Assembly: GCF_030144855.1 (NCBI RefSeq)
Contig: NC_082735.1
Span: 33,356,001-33,420,000 of the forward strand
Direction of reading: 5' to 3'
DNA from: Hypanus sabinus
Taxonomy: Eukaryota
Length of the DNA stretch: 64,000 nucleotides
Shown: piece by piece, positions 12,058 to 25,653 of the stretch
Layout of the letters: each line of letters opens with the position of its first letter
How positions within the stretch are numbered: the stretch's first letter is position 1
Translations under genes and position numbers: made by a program
Notes under the pieces: model-generated
Database searches by the model: none
What the model was told of the DNA's origin: nothing
The model's input: the letters and a program-made list of their open reading frames with translations, nothing else

Positions 12058-13689
12058 AGTACCATGCTAAGATTTAAACTCTTGAGTTTGGTGTGATGGT
12101 CCAGCTAATGCAAACTGCTGATAAATTTAAAAAAAAATAGCCCTGAAGATGTCTATGCTTGTTGCCAACATTGCCACCAATAATACAGGGCTTGTGGAAA
12201 CAAAACAGAGGAATAGCCTAAAATGGCAGCAAAACAGTACTTCTGGGCTCTGGAGTACAGTATTTTAAGGATCCACAAATTCTAAATTCATCAAGAAAGG
12301 TGCTAGAACCAACTGACTTTCTTTAAGAATTAACATTAAAAATTAACAAATGTTGGTGAAATTCCAAATTCAGTGTCTGATTCAGACTGGATAGCAGAAG
12401 GGGAGTTACAACTGGCCTCAAATCCTCGCCTCTTAACACTACCTGCACAGCGCAAAAACAGAACCTAGAAAATTCATAATGTTTTTCTCATTTGCTGACA
12501 CAGATAGAGAGGTGTTCCCTAATGCCAAGGTAATTTATTCCCTGCATTGAGAATGGATGAACATTTTTTTTCTACCCTTCTTTTTGTAATACATATTCTA
12601 ATTCTATATAGGAAAGACACATCCAACATTTCAGATACCTTTCAAGGTAATCATGTTGAAGTTTTCACCTCCCGACTTTCTCAATCCATCCTCCATACTG
12701 CTTTACCACCTCCAAAAAAGCCTAGTAAAATTAATCCAATCCGACTGATCTTTTGAAACTTTTCGTTAATTTACCCATCATTGCCATTTCAACTTCCTCA
12801 AATTCCTCCCTGTGTTGTCTCCTCCAATCCTGCACAATACCAAGTTCCCTACTGTAACTGCTCTGCCAGTTAACTCCACAGACTTCGGCCAGATTTTAAA
12901 TTCTGCAACTTCTTTCCTGGGAACTTTTATCATATCTCTCCCAGCCTTCATTCCCCCACACCCCACCTGTAAATCTTAATAGTGGTTAATAATCTCCTAC
13001 CAAATTTAATCTAAAGCCAAGTACAAACTGTTGTGCCTGCTACACTTAGCTGTTATTAATTATTGACATTTTATATATGCTTTATCTAGAAATCATGCAT
13101 ACAGCATTTTTAAGATTCTCACAATAGGAGCATCTCAAATGGTTATATAAGTGCAAAATGAATTTAAATTTGCTATGTAAAGCTACAAAATGTGTTCAAC
13201 AAATTCAAGATTTTCATATCTTCAAAAAGCAAATCTAGGCAAAGCATTCAAAGTAGTAAGGTAGAAGCAGAAAATACTAGGAATAAACTACAGCTCAGGC
13301 AGCATTTGTAAAAGAGACAGTATCTTAGGTGAAAGAATTTTCTGCAGAATATCCATTTGAAGATATTAATTTCATCTCTGTCACCACAGATATTGACTGA
13401 CTAGTTAAGAATTGTCAGCATTTTCTGTTTCTCTTTTAGACTCCCAATGACCGCAATTTTTTTGCTCATTAAATATGCTGTTAGTTTAATTTAATGATAC
13501 AATGTGAAATGAACTATATACATGATGAAAACTTTATAATTCAACAATCATAGTCTTGGTTATTTCAGTACATTAAATAGATAAAATGCAAATTAGTTTT
13601 ACCAAGGGGCTATATATGACATTCAATAAGGTACTATGTATACACAGCTATTTCTAACAATCAGATGGCAGATGGAATCTCTATTGCAC

Positions 13690-14335
13690 ATGGATAGGTG
13701 GAAATTTAACAGACAAGTGCAAAGAGATATTTTGAGAAGTTAAACAACAGCAGATCATGCACAGTGAAATGTGGGGTTGTGGGAAGAGCTACTGAACAGA
13801 TATCTTACGGTCCAAGCACATGGTTCCCCAAAAGTGGCAAGACAAGAAATTTAGGGCGGTGCTAGAAGGCATATAGCATGCATGTATTGTGAGCTGAGGC
13901 ACTGAGTACAAGTGTCGGAACATCACATTACAGTTAGAAGAAACATTGGTTAGATTGTACTTGGAGCAAGATGCACACTTCTGGTTGCCACAGTACAGGA
14001 AAGATGTCGTGAAGCTCAGAGGGTGCTGTCTGGAATAGAGGCCTTGAGTATAAAGAGATATGAGCTAGGTTAGGTCTGTATCCTCTGGAGCAAAGGAGAT
14101 TGAGAGGAGACATAAAGTAGGTAAATAAAATTATGACATAGGTAGGTTACTAGTCAGAATCTGCTTCCCAAAGCAGGGATGTCTAAATCTAGAGGGCATT
14201 GGTTTAAGGTGAGGGAGGAGGTATAAAGCAGAATCTGAGGGGCAATTTTTTTCTACAGAGCTGCCAGAGGAAGTGGTGGAGGTAGAACAGTACCTGCAAT
14301 TAAGAGGCATTAGACAGTTACTTGAATAAGCGAGG
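13690..14335 (+). mobile_element. CR1 LINE 3' fragment
   Basis: cattggttagattgtacttggag...gattgagaggagac...agagggcattggtttaaggtgag. Confidence 0.65.
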
Positions 14336-14337
14336 TA

Positions 14338-14413
14338 TAGGTGTTCCCAACCTTGGTTATGCCATGGATCAATACCATTAAGGGGTCCATGGACCCCAGG
14401 TTGGGAACCCCTG
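14338..14413. mobile_element. Small hAT(Charlie)-like MITE
   Basis: TIR taggtgttcccaacct / aggttgggaacccctg; sister copies at ~28999-29066 and ~62545-62630. Confidence 0.6.
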
Positions 14414-15929
14414 GTATGCAGGCAAGCGGGATTAGTTTAGATACATACATACATACATACGAGGCTTGCAAGCCTGGAAGAGATCATAAAGATAAAGGGT
14501 ACAAAGTCATGGTGAGATTTGAAGAAAAGGTTAAAAATTCTCAATCTGAGACAACATTTGACCAGCAGCTCATAATGTAGGTCAGCAAATACAAGAATGT
14601 CGGGTAAAATAAATGTACGTTAGGACACAAACGTCTCCATTTTGGACGACCGCAGGTTTAAAAAAAAACAATAGTTAAAAAAAGGACCAGCCAAGGTAGC
14701 ATTAGAACAATCAAGTTGGAAGTAACAAAATTGTGGATTCGTTTCATCTGCAGATGAGCTCAGGGAGGAACTGAGTTAGGTAACATTACAATGTCTTAAA
14801 TAGGGTCAATTAAGATACATGACCCAGAATTCACTTCAGGGTTAAATACAACACCCAGAAAGAAAAAACCCTCAATCAATTTAAATAGAAAGGGGTGGAG
14901 ATGGTGGCTAGGAAATAAGATGTGAAAATGACTGAAGACAATGACTTCAGATTTTCCAATAATCAGTTGGAAATTTCTTGCATTATTAAACACCATTCGC
15001 TTATCGCAGTATACGCTCTCCTGCAAAAGCAACAGTATAACAACTGCAAGCGTTTGGAAAGCTCAGATCAACCAGCAAAAGAGAAAGAAATGGTTAATGT
15101 TTCAAATTTTAAAAATCAGCTATATTTCTTAACTGCTTATGACTTTAATAAGTGAAGACCATTTCCCAGAAATACTGATATTTAATGAAATAGCAATTCA
15201 CCTTCAGCCCCACTTTTCTACACCACCTGCTACTGACCTCTGTACAGGTCACCTACATACATTGATTGCCAGAATTTACAAGGAAATGTTCATTTGCTCG
15301 TCGTTCTTAAAACCAACAGAACTGGCTCCAAGCCATTCCCACAAAGGTGTTCTTTTCCACCTAAGAAAAACGACATCTAATTAAATTCTAAAGATCATCC
15401 TCCAAAATTGCATTTTTTAATCATGTAGATCAGACACAAAGGAACAGGCTGCAATTTTATGCATTTAAATATGATGGAAATCCTACGCTTGAAGAAAAGA
15501 CAACTGAAATAACATCTAATTTCACATAAATGACATCTAGGTGCATCCTTGGCAATGATAAACGTGTAATTTATTTTTCTCTCTTTTGGAAACCGAGGTG
15601 AATGCATAAGGTGATTTTCTTTTGCTTGGTGTACGCTGCCTTTAATTAACCGCCCACCCCGCCCGATACCCGCAGCTCAATGCAGAGAAGAGGTTGTCCT
15701 CCTCCATTTTCTTACAGGTTCCTCATGTCTGATACCCAGAGATGATGGCGAGGAGCCGCTTTAATGCGGCAGATGGGTATCGCACAGCTTAAGCTTCGGT
15801 GCATGTCAGTGACAAGCAAGCTACAGTTCATTTTAGTTTTTTAAAAAAAATGATGCAGAGGTAGCGGAAGTGATTGGGAACTGCATTAATTTAATCAGCC
15901 TGTAAACCAGCCCCCTTTTTTTTCCTCAC

Positions 15930-16232
15930 CAGCACATCATTGCAGATCTCCCTGAGCTCAGCCTCCACCTTCTCTCGGTACTCCTTCACCATGTGCAACT
16001 TCTTCTCGCTGCCGCCGCCCTCGCCGGTCTTCTGCTCGATACTGGAGATGACCCTCCATGCCGAGCGGCGGGCCCCCACCACGTTCTTGTAGGCGACCGA
16101 GAGCAGGTTGCGCTCCTCGTTTGACAGCTCCTCGCCCCACTCCGTTACCGCCTTCATGGCAGCCGCCATGTCCTCATAGCGCTCCGCTTGCTCCGACAGC
16201 TTGGCTTTCTGCACCAGCTCGTTCTTATCCAT
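15930..16232 (-). CDS. ywhabl: 14-3-3 protein (zeta/beta/theta/sigma group, ywhabl-like), coding exon 1 (aa 1-101)
   Basis: [31 protein letters not shown]...[28 protein letters not shown]...ICNDVL. Kozak GCCATGG; donor CTG|gtgagg at the conserved phase-0 position. Family is certain; the paralog symbol is tentative. Confidence 0.95.
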
Positions 16233-16620
16233 GGCCCCTCCTTTCTCTTTTTCTGCCTCCCTTTCTTCCCAGTTGAAGCGCACGGGACGTTTGGTTCAGG
16301 CGTTCGACGGTCCGTCGAGAGCGAAGCACTCCGCCGCTTTCTTTCCCTCCGTCTCCGTCCTCGAAACCAAATGGCGGTTGAGATCTTTCCCCCCACTGGA
16401 GACTCGGTCCGCGCATGCGCTGCCGCCGCTCGCCCCGCCCTCGCGATGACGTCACAAGTGACCAGGTCTGCAAAGCACTGACCTGACTCATCCTAGTCGG
16501 TCGTGATTTTGTGCCTTCGATGTTCTGACAGAGTAGCTCGATGTTTTGCGTACGAGTCCGACATGGCAAAACGTCGTGGGGCGAGGCTCTACCTATCGCA
16601 GTTAATGTGAGGAAAGGCTG
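16233..16620 (-). promoter_or_regulatory. CpG-island promoter/5'UTR of the 14-3-3 gene
   Basis: CpG-rich. YY1-type AAATGGCGG 16369-16377, NRF1 palindrome GCGCATGCGC 16411-16420, GC box 16433-16440, CRE TGACGTCA 16447-16454, AP-1 TGACTCA 16484-16490. Confidence 0.8.
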
Positions 16621-16898
16621 AACAAGGTTTCAGCCAATTCTTGCAAACATTTTCTACCATAACCAGCAGAAGGGGAAAGGGGCAGTGGGTGGTATTCAGG
16701 CAGACCAGGTCCTCCCTCTATTCATTATTCATTTTTTGCTGTCAAGAGATGATTGAAGATTACAACAGAATGCGACCTGAACGGAACAAAATCAGGCGCA
16801 CCACAACCAAACAGCTGGTTTTAAGTCTCTTGTCATAGAGAGCTTTTGATAGTAGCAGCACAATACAATGAAAGCAATTTAACAAACTTAACAGATTA

Positions 16899-17004
16899 AA
16901 TAAAAACCTGAAATGCTGGTAGAACTCAGCAGGCCAGACAGCATCTATGGGAGGAGGTAATAACAACGTTTCGGGCCCAAACCCTTCATCAGGAGTGAAA
17001 TAAA
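16899..17004 (-). mobile_element. ~100-bp Penelope-derived solo unit with hammerhead core
   Basis: CTGATGA-AGGGTTTGGGCCC-GAAACGTT on the minus strand; TSD TAACAGATTA (16889-16898/17005-17014). Confidence 0.75.
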
Positions 17005-17434
17005 TAACAGATTATTTGTACTAAAGGTGCATCTTTCATAGATGTGAATTGTTATATTTGTTAAGTACTGCATAAACCTCCTTTGTACTATGTTTTCATG
17101 ATTTAAATAAACAATAATATTGCTGAGAAAAAAGATTATACATAACTTGTGCAAATTATACATAACGTGCAAATTAAACAAAATAAACGATACTGGTGCA
17201 TGATAGAGACAAAAACCTATATAGTCTAAGTTAGTAGTAAGATATTTCAGGTCAATTCAAGAACTTGCTGGCAGTATGGGGAAGAAGCTGTTGAACCTTT
17301 TTGAGATGTGGGCCTTCAGGCTTGGATAATTCCTGTATAATGATGGGGTTCCTTGCATATCTGAGACACTATCTTTTGATGCCCTCAGTGGTGGAGAAAG
17401 CTGTTCCTGTTTTAAAACTTGATCCATCCACTTT

Positions 17435-18022
17435 CTCTAACCTCCATATTAGGAGTTTGAAGAGATTTGGCATGTCAATACACTCAAACTTCTGTATTTG
17501 TACCATGGAGAGCATTCTGACAGGCTGCATCACTGTCTGGTATGGAGGGGCTACTGCACAGGACTGAAAGAAACTGAACGTTGTAAATCTAGTCAGCCCT
17601 ATCTTGGGCACTAGCCTACAAAGTACCCAGGACATCTTGAGGGAGCAGTGTCTCAGAAAGGCAGCATCCATTATTAAGGATCTCCAACACCCAGAGCATG
17701 CCCTTTTCTCACTGTTACCATCAAGTAGGAGGTACAGAAGCCTGAAGGCACACTCAGTGATTCAGGAACAGCCTCTTCCTCTCTGCTATCCGATTCCTAA
17801 ATGGACATTGAAGCTTTGGACACTAACTCATTTTTTAAAAAAATATACAGTATGTATTTGTTTTTTCCCCCACATTTTTAAAACCTATTCAATACATAAT
17901 TGATTTACTTGTTTATTGTTTTATTATATTATTTTTTCTCTGCTAGATCATGTTTTACATTGAACTGCTGCTAAGTTAACAAATTTCATGCCACATGCCA
18001 GTGATAATAAACTTGATTCTGA
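17435..18022 (+). mobile_element. Rex1/Babar-type LINE 3' fragment
   Basis: CTMESILTGCITVWYG, CLRKAASIIKDLQHPEHALFSLLPSSRRYRSL, tail aataaacttgattctga; very similar inverted copy at 55412-55900. Confidence 0.8.
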
Positions 18023-20989
18023 GCATTGGAGTTTCCTTACAAGGTAATGATGCAACCAATCTTTTCACTATACAACTTTAGAAGTTTGTTAGTTTCCTAT
18101 GACACATCAGAACTCAAACATCTAAGAAAGCAGAGACAGAGACATGCCTTCATCATTGCACCTATATGCTGGGTTCAGAATAAAGTCCTCTGAGATATTG
18201 ACACTAAGGGACTTGAAGCTTTTCAACTGAACCATACACTAATCCTGACTTGTATAAAGCTGGAAGGTTATTCTGTTAATAACATCATTTTACATTATTT
18301 TAGACTGAACCTTTGCATCATTGTTTTGCACATGTCATATTATTCCCAAAAGTGCATTCAAAACTTTCTCCTCTTGCTTATAACTCAAGAGATCAGTTTA
18401 AAACATTGTTACATTCAATTAAAAAATGTCTTTGGTCATTTTGGTTTTAATCTTGAAAATACAAAATTCAAAGTAAATATATTATCAGAGCACATATTCA
18501 TCACCACTTTAACCCTGAGATTCATTTTCTAGTGGGTATTCTCAAATCTATAGAATAACTAACAGAATCCATGAAAGACTGCCCAACTAGGGCATTCAAT
18601 CAGTCTGCAGCAAACTGTGCAAACATAAATAATAATACATAAACAATATTGACAACATGAGATAGAGTTCTTGAAATAAGTCCATTGGTTGTGGTAGCAT
18701 TTCAATGATGTGGGGAAATGAAGAGCCTGATGGTCGAGGAGATGGTTGAACTGATCATGAACCTGGAGGTGTGAGCCCTGAGGCTGCAGTACCTTGCTGG
18801 TGCCATCAAGGAGGAAGAGAGCATCATTTACTTTCATAACTAATAATGGATAGTCCAGCAGGCTGTTTTCCAAAAGGCCATAAAACTAATAATTTGGATG
18901 ATAAATTTATACAGACCCATTATATCAAATATAAATAATTTTTAAGTGGAAATGAGGTCAGGCAGCTGTGGGAAGAGAAACAGTTAACATTTCAGGTTGA
19001 AGACCCTTCTGAACTCTTCATAGAATGCCTGACCTACTGAACATTTACACTGGTATTACAATTATGAGTATCTATCTAGCAAGCAATATGCTGCCAGTGG
19101 AAGTGATAGAAGCAGATATAATAGCAATGTTCATTGTTTGCACCATTTGTCTTTTGCACATTGTCAGTTACAGTTTTTCATAAATTCCATTGTATTTCAT
19201 TATTTTCCCATGCATGGCTGCAAGAAATTGAATCTCAAGGTGACATACACACTTTGATAATAAATCAACTCTGGGTTTGGTTTAAATTTAGAATTGTTCA
19301 GAGCTTCAGCATGACTTGCAAGTTTCTCCACTTGCCCTTGTTTCCAACTTATAAATTCAGATACATACACTCACACATTTAAATCAATGTCACATTCATA
19401 TGCAAATTCCAATACATTCCTAGCTCTTGAAACTTTAGTACCAAAATGCTAGAACTTTAAATTATTTTGAAAATTAGTTTGGAAGAGAATTTCATGAGGA
19501 AGGCTCCAGGAGTAAACTCAAGGAAAAATCTGGAGCTGGAGTCCCAAGGCGGTCCTACATTGAATTGACTGTTGACTAGCAACTCTTGCAACACCGCTGA
19601 TACCAGATTTTAATCAGTCTCTGCCCTTCCTTCGGTTCATCAGATGCATGGAGCGGGAGAGCTTGCTCTCCATATTGTACTGTCCAGGCTTGTGCATCCA
19701 GACAGCTAGGACGCAATATCCATGGTCAACTCTATCTGAAGGAGGCCCTCGCCTCACCTAGACATGGTGAGGAGAGATGAAATACAGAAAGTGCTACAAG
19801 AATTTACTTTAATTCAAAATTGATCATTTGAGGTTCTGCAGATCCTACCAGAATTTAAGCATTACTCAGCATTCATTTGGCTTTGACTTCAGACATTTCA
19901 ATTAATAATGGATCAATTACTGGAAGCCTGTATATGCAGTACAATTATATACTATCTTAAAGTCTTGGAAAAGAACTAAATGCTGATGCATAAATAATGG
20001 GTTTTGTGAATATTTCAGTTAATAACATTTAAAAAATCAGTAAGATAGAATTAAATTGATTTATCTTGTAACTGTAGCTCTAAACTTATTACATACGTGA
20101 TTAAATGTAAAGAATGCTCAGTTATTGAGTATAATCAAGGCAGAAATTGAATTGTAGAATCCAGTGAATACAATTGATACTAGTTGTGGTGTGGAAGGTA
20201 TGGCGAATTGGAAGAAAAGTTGAAGGATGGCCACTTATCTTTATAAGTGACAGCTGTCAGTTGCTCATATCTTGTGATAAGGTCCTTCACAAGTTCTGAC
20301 AAATAAAATCACATTGAAAGAGCCCTCTTAACACGAATGACTTCATTTGTTGTTGGATTCAGTACATCCAAGTGTCTTGTATTTTCAAATCACATCCTTC
20401 AATAAATTTAATTAGAAAAGAACTTAGTGATACTTAAGCTTTAAGATATGTCAACAATACTTCAGTCAATTAAAAAATGCATTCAAATAGACTAACTGCC
20501 CATAATGACATTTCTTTTGTGATAAACTATTGGGGCTGTGATTACCTGTATTATGGCATTAAATTTGAAGATCTAGACTTTCATAGCCGAGAGCACAAAA
20601 TTTCAAGAACTAAATAAAGTCACTCCATAATTTTAATTATTCTCATCATTCTGTACTTCTAGAATCTAAGGAATCCTGTGATATCTTGTACTTTAATTTG
20701 AGAGTGATTTACACATTTTCAAACGAATAAACGGTATTAAGTTTAATAAAGAAGCAGCTAGCTGTTCCTAACATCGCAGTCCAACTGATCACTTAGAAGA
20801 CTTTTTCAGGGAATACATTTCCTTTTATTGTGAAAGTAAACCACTGTCTGAAACAAGGAATGCAGGCAAAAGGCAACAGTGCATTTTGTCAAAACTCAGC
20901 AAGATGAAACAAATTTTTGTTAAGCATTTGGCATTTAAGGAAATGGAATAATATTATTCAAAAAGGTACATTTTGAAAAGTGCAATTGG

Positions 20990-21735
20990 AAAATTGAAAA
21001 ACAGTCAGTGTTTTGGGTCAGGCCTTTCACCAGGACTGGAAAGGGAGGAGGAGAAAAGAAAACAGAAAATAAGATGGGAGAGAAGAGGCAGGAGTGCTTC
21101 CTCTTCTGCCATGATGAGGCCAATCTCAGGTTGGAGAAACAATATCTCATTCCATCTAAGTAGCCTCCAACCTGATGGCATGAAATCAATGTCTCCGATT
21201 TGCAGTCATTTCTTTCCCCTACCCCTTCCAACTTCAATCCCCCACTCTGGCCTCTTACTTCTTCTTACCTGCCTACTCTTCAGTCCACTTTTCTGATTCC
21301 TCCTTCTCCAGTCCTTTACCTTTCCCACTGATTTTTAACTCATCCTCACAGCTTAACTAATCCCTATTCCCAAACTACCTGGTTTCAATCTATCATCTTC
21401 TAGTTTATCATCCTTTGCCTCCACCCACCCCCCCCCCACCCTCCTTATTCTGGCATCTTTCCACCTTCTTTCCAGTCCTGAAGGATTTTGGCCTGAAATG
21501 TCAACTTATTTTTTTCCATTTCCGTAGATGCTACCTTGACCTGCTGACTTCCTCCAACACTGTTGTCAAAAATATAGTTTAGAATTTCAGTAACATATCT
21601 AACACATTATAAAGACGAGGAAGTCTGCAGGTGGCGGAAATCCAAAGCAACATAAAATGCTGGAAGAATCAGGTTAGGCAGCATCTATGGAAATGAATAA
21701 GCAATTGACATTTCAAGCAGAGACCCTTCCACTGG
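20990..21735 (+). mobile_element. Decayed Penelope-like element with inverted ends plus adjacent solo terminal repeat
   Basis: GIY-YIG C-terminal relic (LFCHDEANLRLEKQYL..SSLQPDGM), degenerate hammerhead at ~21474-21507, antisense arm at ~21000. Confidence 0.65.
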
Positions 21736-22409
21736 GCTTTTAAAAACCCTCAATAGGTACAAGCAATTGTGGCTAAACTTCTAGTGGTTTTTGAAAATTG
21801 GATGATCAGATACCATATTGAAGGCCAGTTTTGACCAAGACAGAATTGATAATAATGATTTGAATGCAAACACCAGCAGAAAAGATAAAAAAAAAAACCT
21901 CTAACTGTAATTTCAGTCTGTATGGTTACAGGGCAATCTTTTTACCCAATTTGTTTTATAACTCGTCTGACCTGGAGTTCTTGCACTGAACCTGCCGTAT
22001 TAGTTGTGTTGAATGTATTAATAGTGTTCTGAAAAAATATTTCATTTCTTAATAGCTGCAACTTAAGACAGTGACCAAATCTGGAAAAATATTTCATTTC
22101 TTATTAGCTGCAATTCAAGACATTGATCAAAAATTACAATCTTTAAAGACTACTGAATTCACAGCACGTAATTATCAATGGAAATACGCTTTCGTTTCAA
22201 TGTCCTTAGTATACCCAATATTTCCAATCAAAGCAATTATATGAGACTCAAATGCTATACTGCAGCTCAGAGTAGAAGTTTAGTTTAATACAGAAAAACT
22301 ATTAAGACCATGATCAAGGGCTGCATGTGATAAACAATACAATGAGTCTAGCATAGCCACAAATAACATTTAAACATTAAAATAAAGGAATTCTGAGACA
22401 TTTTAGAAG

Positions 22410-23459
22410 AAAATGTGCTTTTGATATTTATTGAAATCACATTGAGCTCCAGATAAATCACAAAATACTGCATGTATGATTAGGCAAGATTCTGGGTGAA
22501 ATAAAAGCTATTGCAATCTTAAATATTGTAGTTTGAAACAGGAATTTCAGTCAGCGATAATTGGTTTATCTCTATATAGAGGAATCCCTTAAAATTTCAT
22601 TCATGAAATTATAACTAGTTAATAGATTAATTATCAAACTAATTCCAAAAATTATAGCTACAAAACTATCTGTAAAGCTCTGAATAAGCACGCAAGTTTC
22701 AAGAGACTGTGTTCCTTCAAAAGTATCCAACATCTGTATGATAAATAGGTGTGGGGAATCTATTGATTCATGGAGCTGATCAAAAGATATTTTTGGGAAA
22801 TCAAACAGAACAGTAAATGCTTAAAATTAGAAAGGGAGATCAAAAGAATAAATTGTCCTGCAATCACTTGGAAACATCCAGTGCGATAAACCCGATTATT
22901 TTTATGGATTGATCACAACTTACTGTTTGCAACAGGGATACAATTTTTAATATATTGCAACATCCCTTCTACAAAGAAGGTACTGAAGACAAGCTGAACA
23001 AAGAATACATATGCTAATATGGCTGACTGAGCTGCACTCAGGGAGGTCAAGAAATTTTTAGTCATAATCTAGGAATATGGTATCCAAAGTGGTTCTCACA
23101 TAAACCACGACAGCTTTAAGCCACAGAATCAAACTCCCGTATATTTGTAACAGACTCCAGCAGTACTAATATCACAATGATGCCAGTGCTTAAAAGTAGT
23201 GAAGAAACAATATTAGTACTAATCTATCACAAGATCTGTACCACTTTTCCCACTTAGCCCACTTGAAGAATTGGCACCTTTGTAATGCCCAAACAAAAAA
23301 AAATCTTCAATGTTTCCTTGTCCCAAAACATGAAAAGATTAAATATATCAAAGTTCAGTAGTAAGTAGAAATTGAAAAGTTTGAAGAATCAAATGCTCTT
23401 CATCTTTTCCAGGCCTTATGTAGTAGGTTTCAGTGCACCGTGTCAGCAAAAATCCAAGT
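22410..23459 (-). other. znf706l: Probable terminal 3'-UTR exon of ZNF706-like gene
   Basis: Acceptor cttgttttcag|ACTTGG at 23459; ~1 kb free of recognisable repeats; AATAAA at 22432-22427 followed by CA and a U-rich tract. Confidence 0.6.
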
Positions 23460-24199
23460 CTGAAAACAAGCACAATGTAACTTTTCAAAACTTGTCACAT
23501 TAAAAACACGCTGAATATTAAGCTATTCTTCAGATACTACTAGTCGTCCAAATCAATTAGAATATCCCACTTACAGAAAGGAAGTAGAAATAAAAACAAG
23601 TGTAGACATGAATAATACAAAACTTTGATTCAAAACATTTTTATAGTAACACAATACTAGAACCAATAAAGTCTAAAGAAACAGATTGTTCAGAAGTCAT
23701 TTTTTAAAATGAATAATTATTCTTAAACTCAACCAATGAAAGGGCAACCTTCCCATTACCCTAGGCCTGTTAGCTAGCTTTCCAAAAGCAACACATTGCC
23801 AAAGGCTGGTACTCTGGTATTGAATGATCACATTTCAAATAAAATCCTCTTCCAGAAGGACAACATGGTCTCAGTTTGAATGTTGAGACGAGTACAGATG
23901 GTTGAAAGCATTAAAATGATTGCATCTCAAAATGGATTATTTCATTAGAAATTCAATTATTCTAGAACTGGAATAGCATTTGAACACTACTTTTAGTGGT
24001 GTGGCTCTTTAATCCATATAGTGCAGGACATTAAGTAGCAAGCCTAAGATCAAAACAAGTCTGGCAAGCTGTACTTCAGTAAGTTGTCCCTGGGTGAAAA
24101 GTTGTATTTGTCATTGAGATATTATCTGAAAACTACGTTTAAAATGAACAGGTCAGTCAGTATCCCTGATTTCTAAGCACAAGCTTTTCTATCTAAAAC

Positions 24200-24500
24200 T
24201 GTTAGAAGAGTATTTATTCCCAGATTGGAGCAATCCCATTCTCCCAATTTATGCTCCTGCAGTTATTCTTACATATTTGTCCATTGGTAAATTTAACCAC
24301 CCTCACCCTCTCATGGATCTCCCACCAACCAATTATACAAGGGGAGATTTACAGTAGGCATTTAGCATGTCTTTGTGATGTGGGAAGGAACTGCAGGAGT
24401 TGGGGAAAGCCACGCAACTCAGGGAAAACAATAAATTCTACAGTTAGCACAGGAGATCAGATGCAATCCCTGGCCAGTTACTCTATCCGCATTGTCACCA
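24200..24500 (-). mobile_element. tRNA-derived SINE relic
   Basis: gcatgtctttgtgatgtgggaaggaactg...gggaaaacaataaattctaca, antisense of a V-SINE/HE1-like body. Confidence 0.5.
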
Positions 24501-25262
24501 CACCAGTTTCAAAACATCCCATGGGATTTGGGTGACAAGATTCTCAGCTTTATTGAAAGATGCTTAATTGTTGCTGATTCTGGGCACCCTGTTTATAAAC
24601 GATGAAAACTGGCTTGTGCAGACTTGTGCTAAATTTTTTTAGTCTGGTGACAAATTGTATAGCTGACCACTTCCTATTGGAGGAATGTATTCACGTGGTT
24701 TTGTGATGTATTAACAGGATGTGCTTGGGAGAAAGTCACCTTCAGCACCCTAATCAGGTTGCATAGAAGGAGATTCAAACAACACAATCATAGATTGATA
24801 AAATGTAAGATGACAGCTGATTTCTAAAGTTTTAAAGTAAGAAATTTTAAAGCAGTTCACAGGTTTAATCTATTTGTTTTAGATCAATATTAAAATCTGT
24901 ACTAAAACATGGGTTCAATATCAGAACCAATTAACCCAAATAAACAGATTCATGTCTCAATTTTATGACCGAAAACAATTCAATTGCACAAATTCTTGGA
25001 AGAACTTCATCTAATTATGCAAAATTAGCAAAGACTTATTAGCACATAATGAAATAAGATTCTCCATCTTCCAAATTTGGTTTATGACTTCTGTCACCAG
25101 ATTATTAATGCAAACCCCTGAAAACTGCAATAAATTAATCATTGTGCTGCCTCCTCATAATGAGTAATCTCAGGCATTCTGAAACCAAAATGCCAGACAG
25201 ATTCCTTCTTCTTAGAGTAACTTTGGAAAAACTTCTCACCCATATCCAAGTTGTGCTTTTAT

Positions 25263-25358
25263 TTATGCCTGTACATCTACCAGCTCAGGGGGCAAAGGAG
25301 ACTTGGGATGTTTACTCTCAAAATGCTGTTTGAAGGTTTTAGGATCTGGCATCTGTGT
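25263..25358 (-). CDS. znf706l: Zinc finger protein 706-like, last coding exon (aa 45-75 + stop)
   Basis: ttttcccag|TQMPDPKTFKQHFESKHPKSPLPPELVDVQA*; the exon continues to a donor TGG|gtgaga after 25240. Confidence 0.95.
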   Translation of the reverse strand, partial: TQMPDPKTFKQHFESKHPKSPLPPELVDVQA

Positions 25359-25653
25359 CTGGGAAAAAAAAACAGAAAATAGACAGTAAATACTATGTAA
25401 TTCAATTATCTCAATGTCCAGTAAAACTGAAGTCCAACAAAATGCTACAGTTACACATACTCTTGATAAGGCCACATTTGAAATATCGTGTCGTAGCTAT
25501 GTTTACCATATCTCATTGACCTTGGAAGAAGTGCAACACATTCAAATGAAATTACAGATTCAGACTAAATTATAAATGCATTAAAATTATAGTTCAAAAC
25601 TAATTAAAAGTTCAAAGTAAATTATAAAAGCACATAAAATCACTATATAAACC

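Noticed and set aside
1877-16232. Assignment as YWHAZ because of linkage to ZNF706
   Set aside because: Too many differences from the highly conserved zeta sequence (A58, KVE, NSTNS, SPEQ); a paralog is more likely, and phylogeny is needed.
16233-16283. 17-aa N-terminal extension of 14-3-3 in the ORF track
   Set aside because: It starts at GTG; the ATG at 16232 has a strong Kozak context and matches the family N-terminus.
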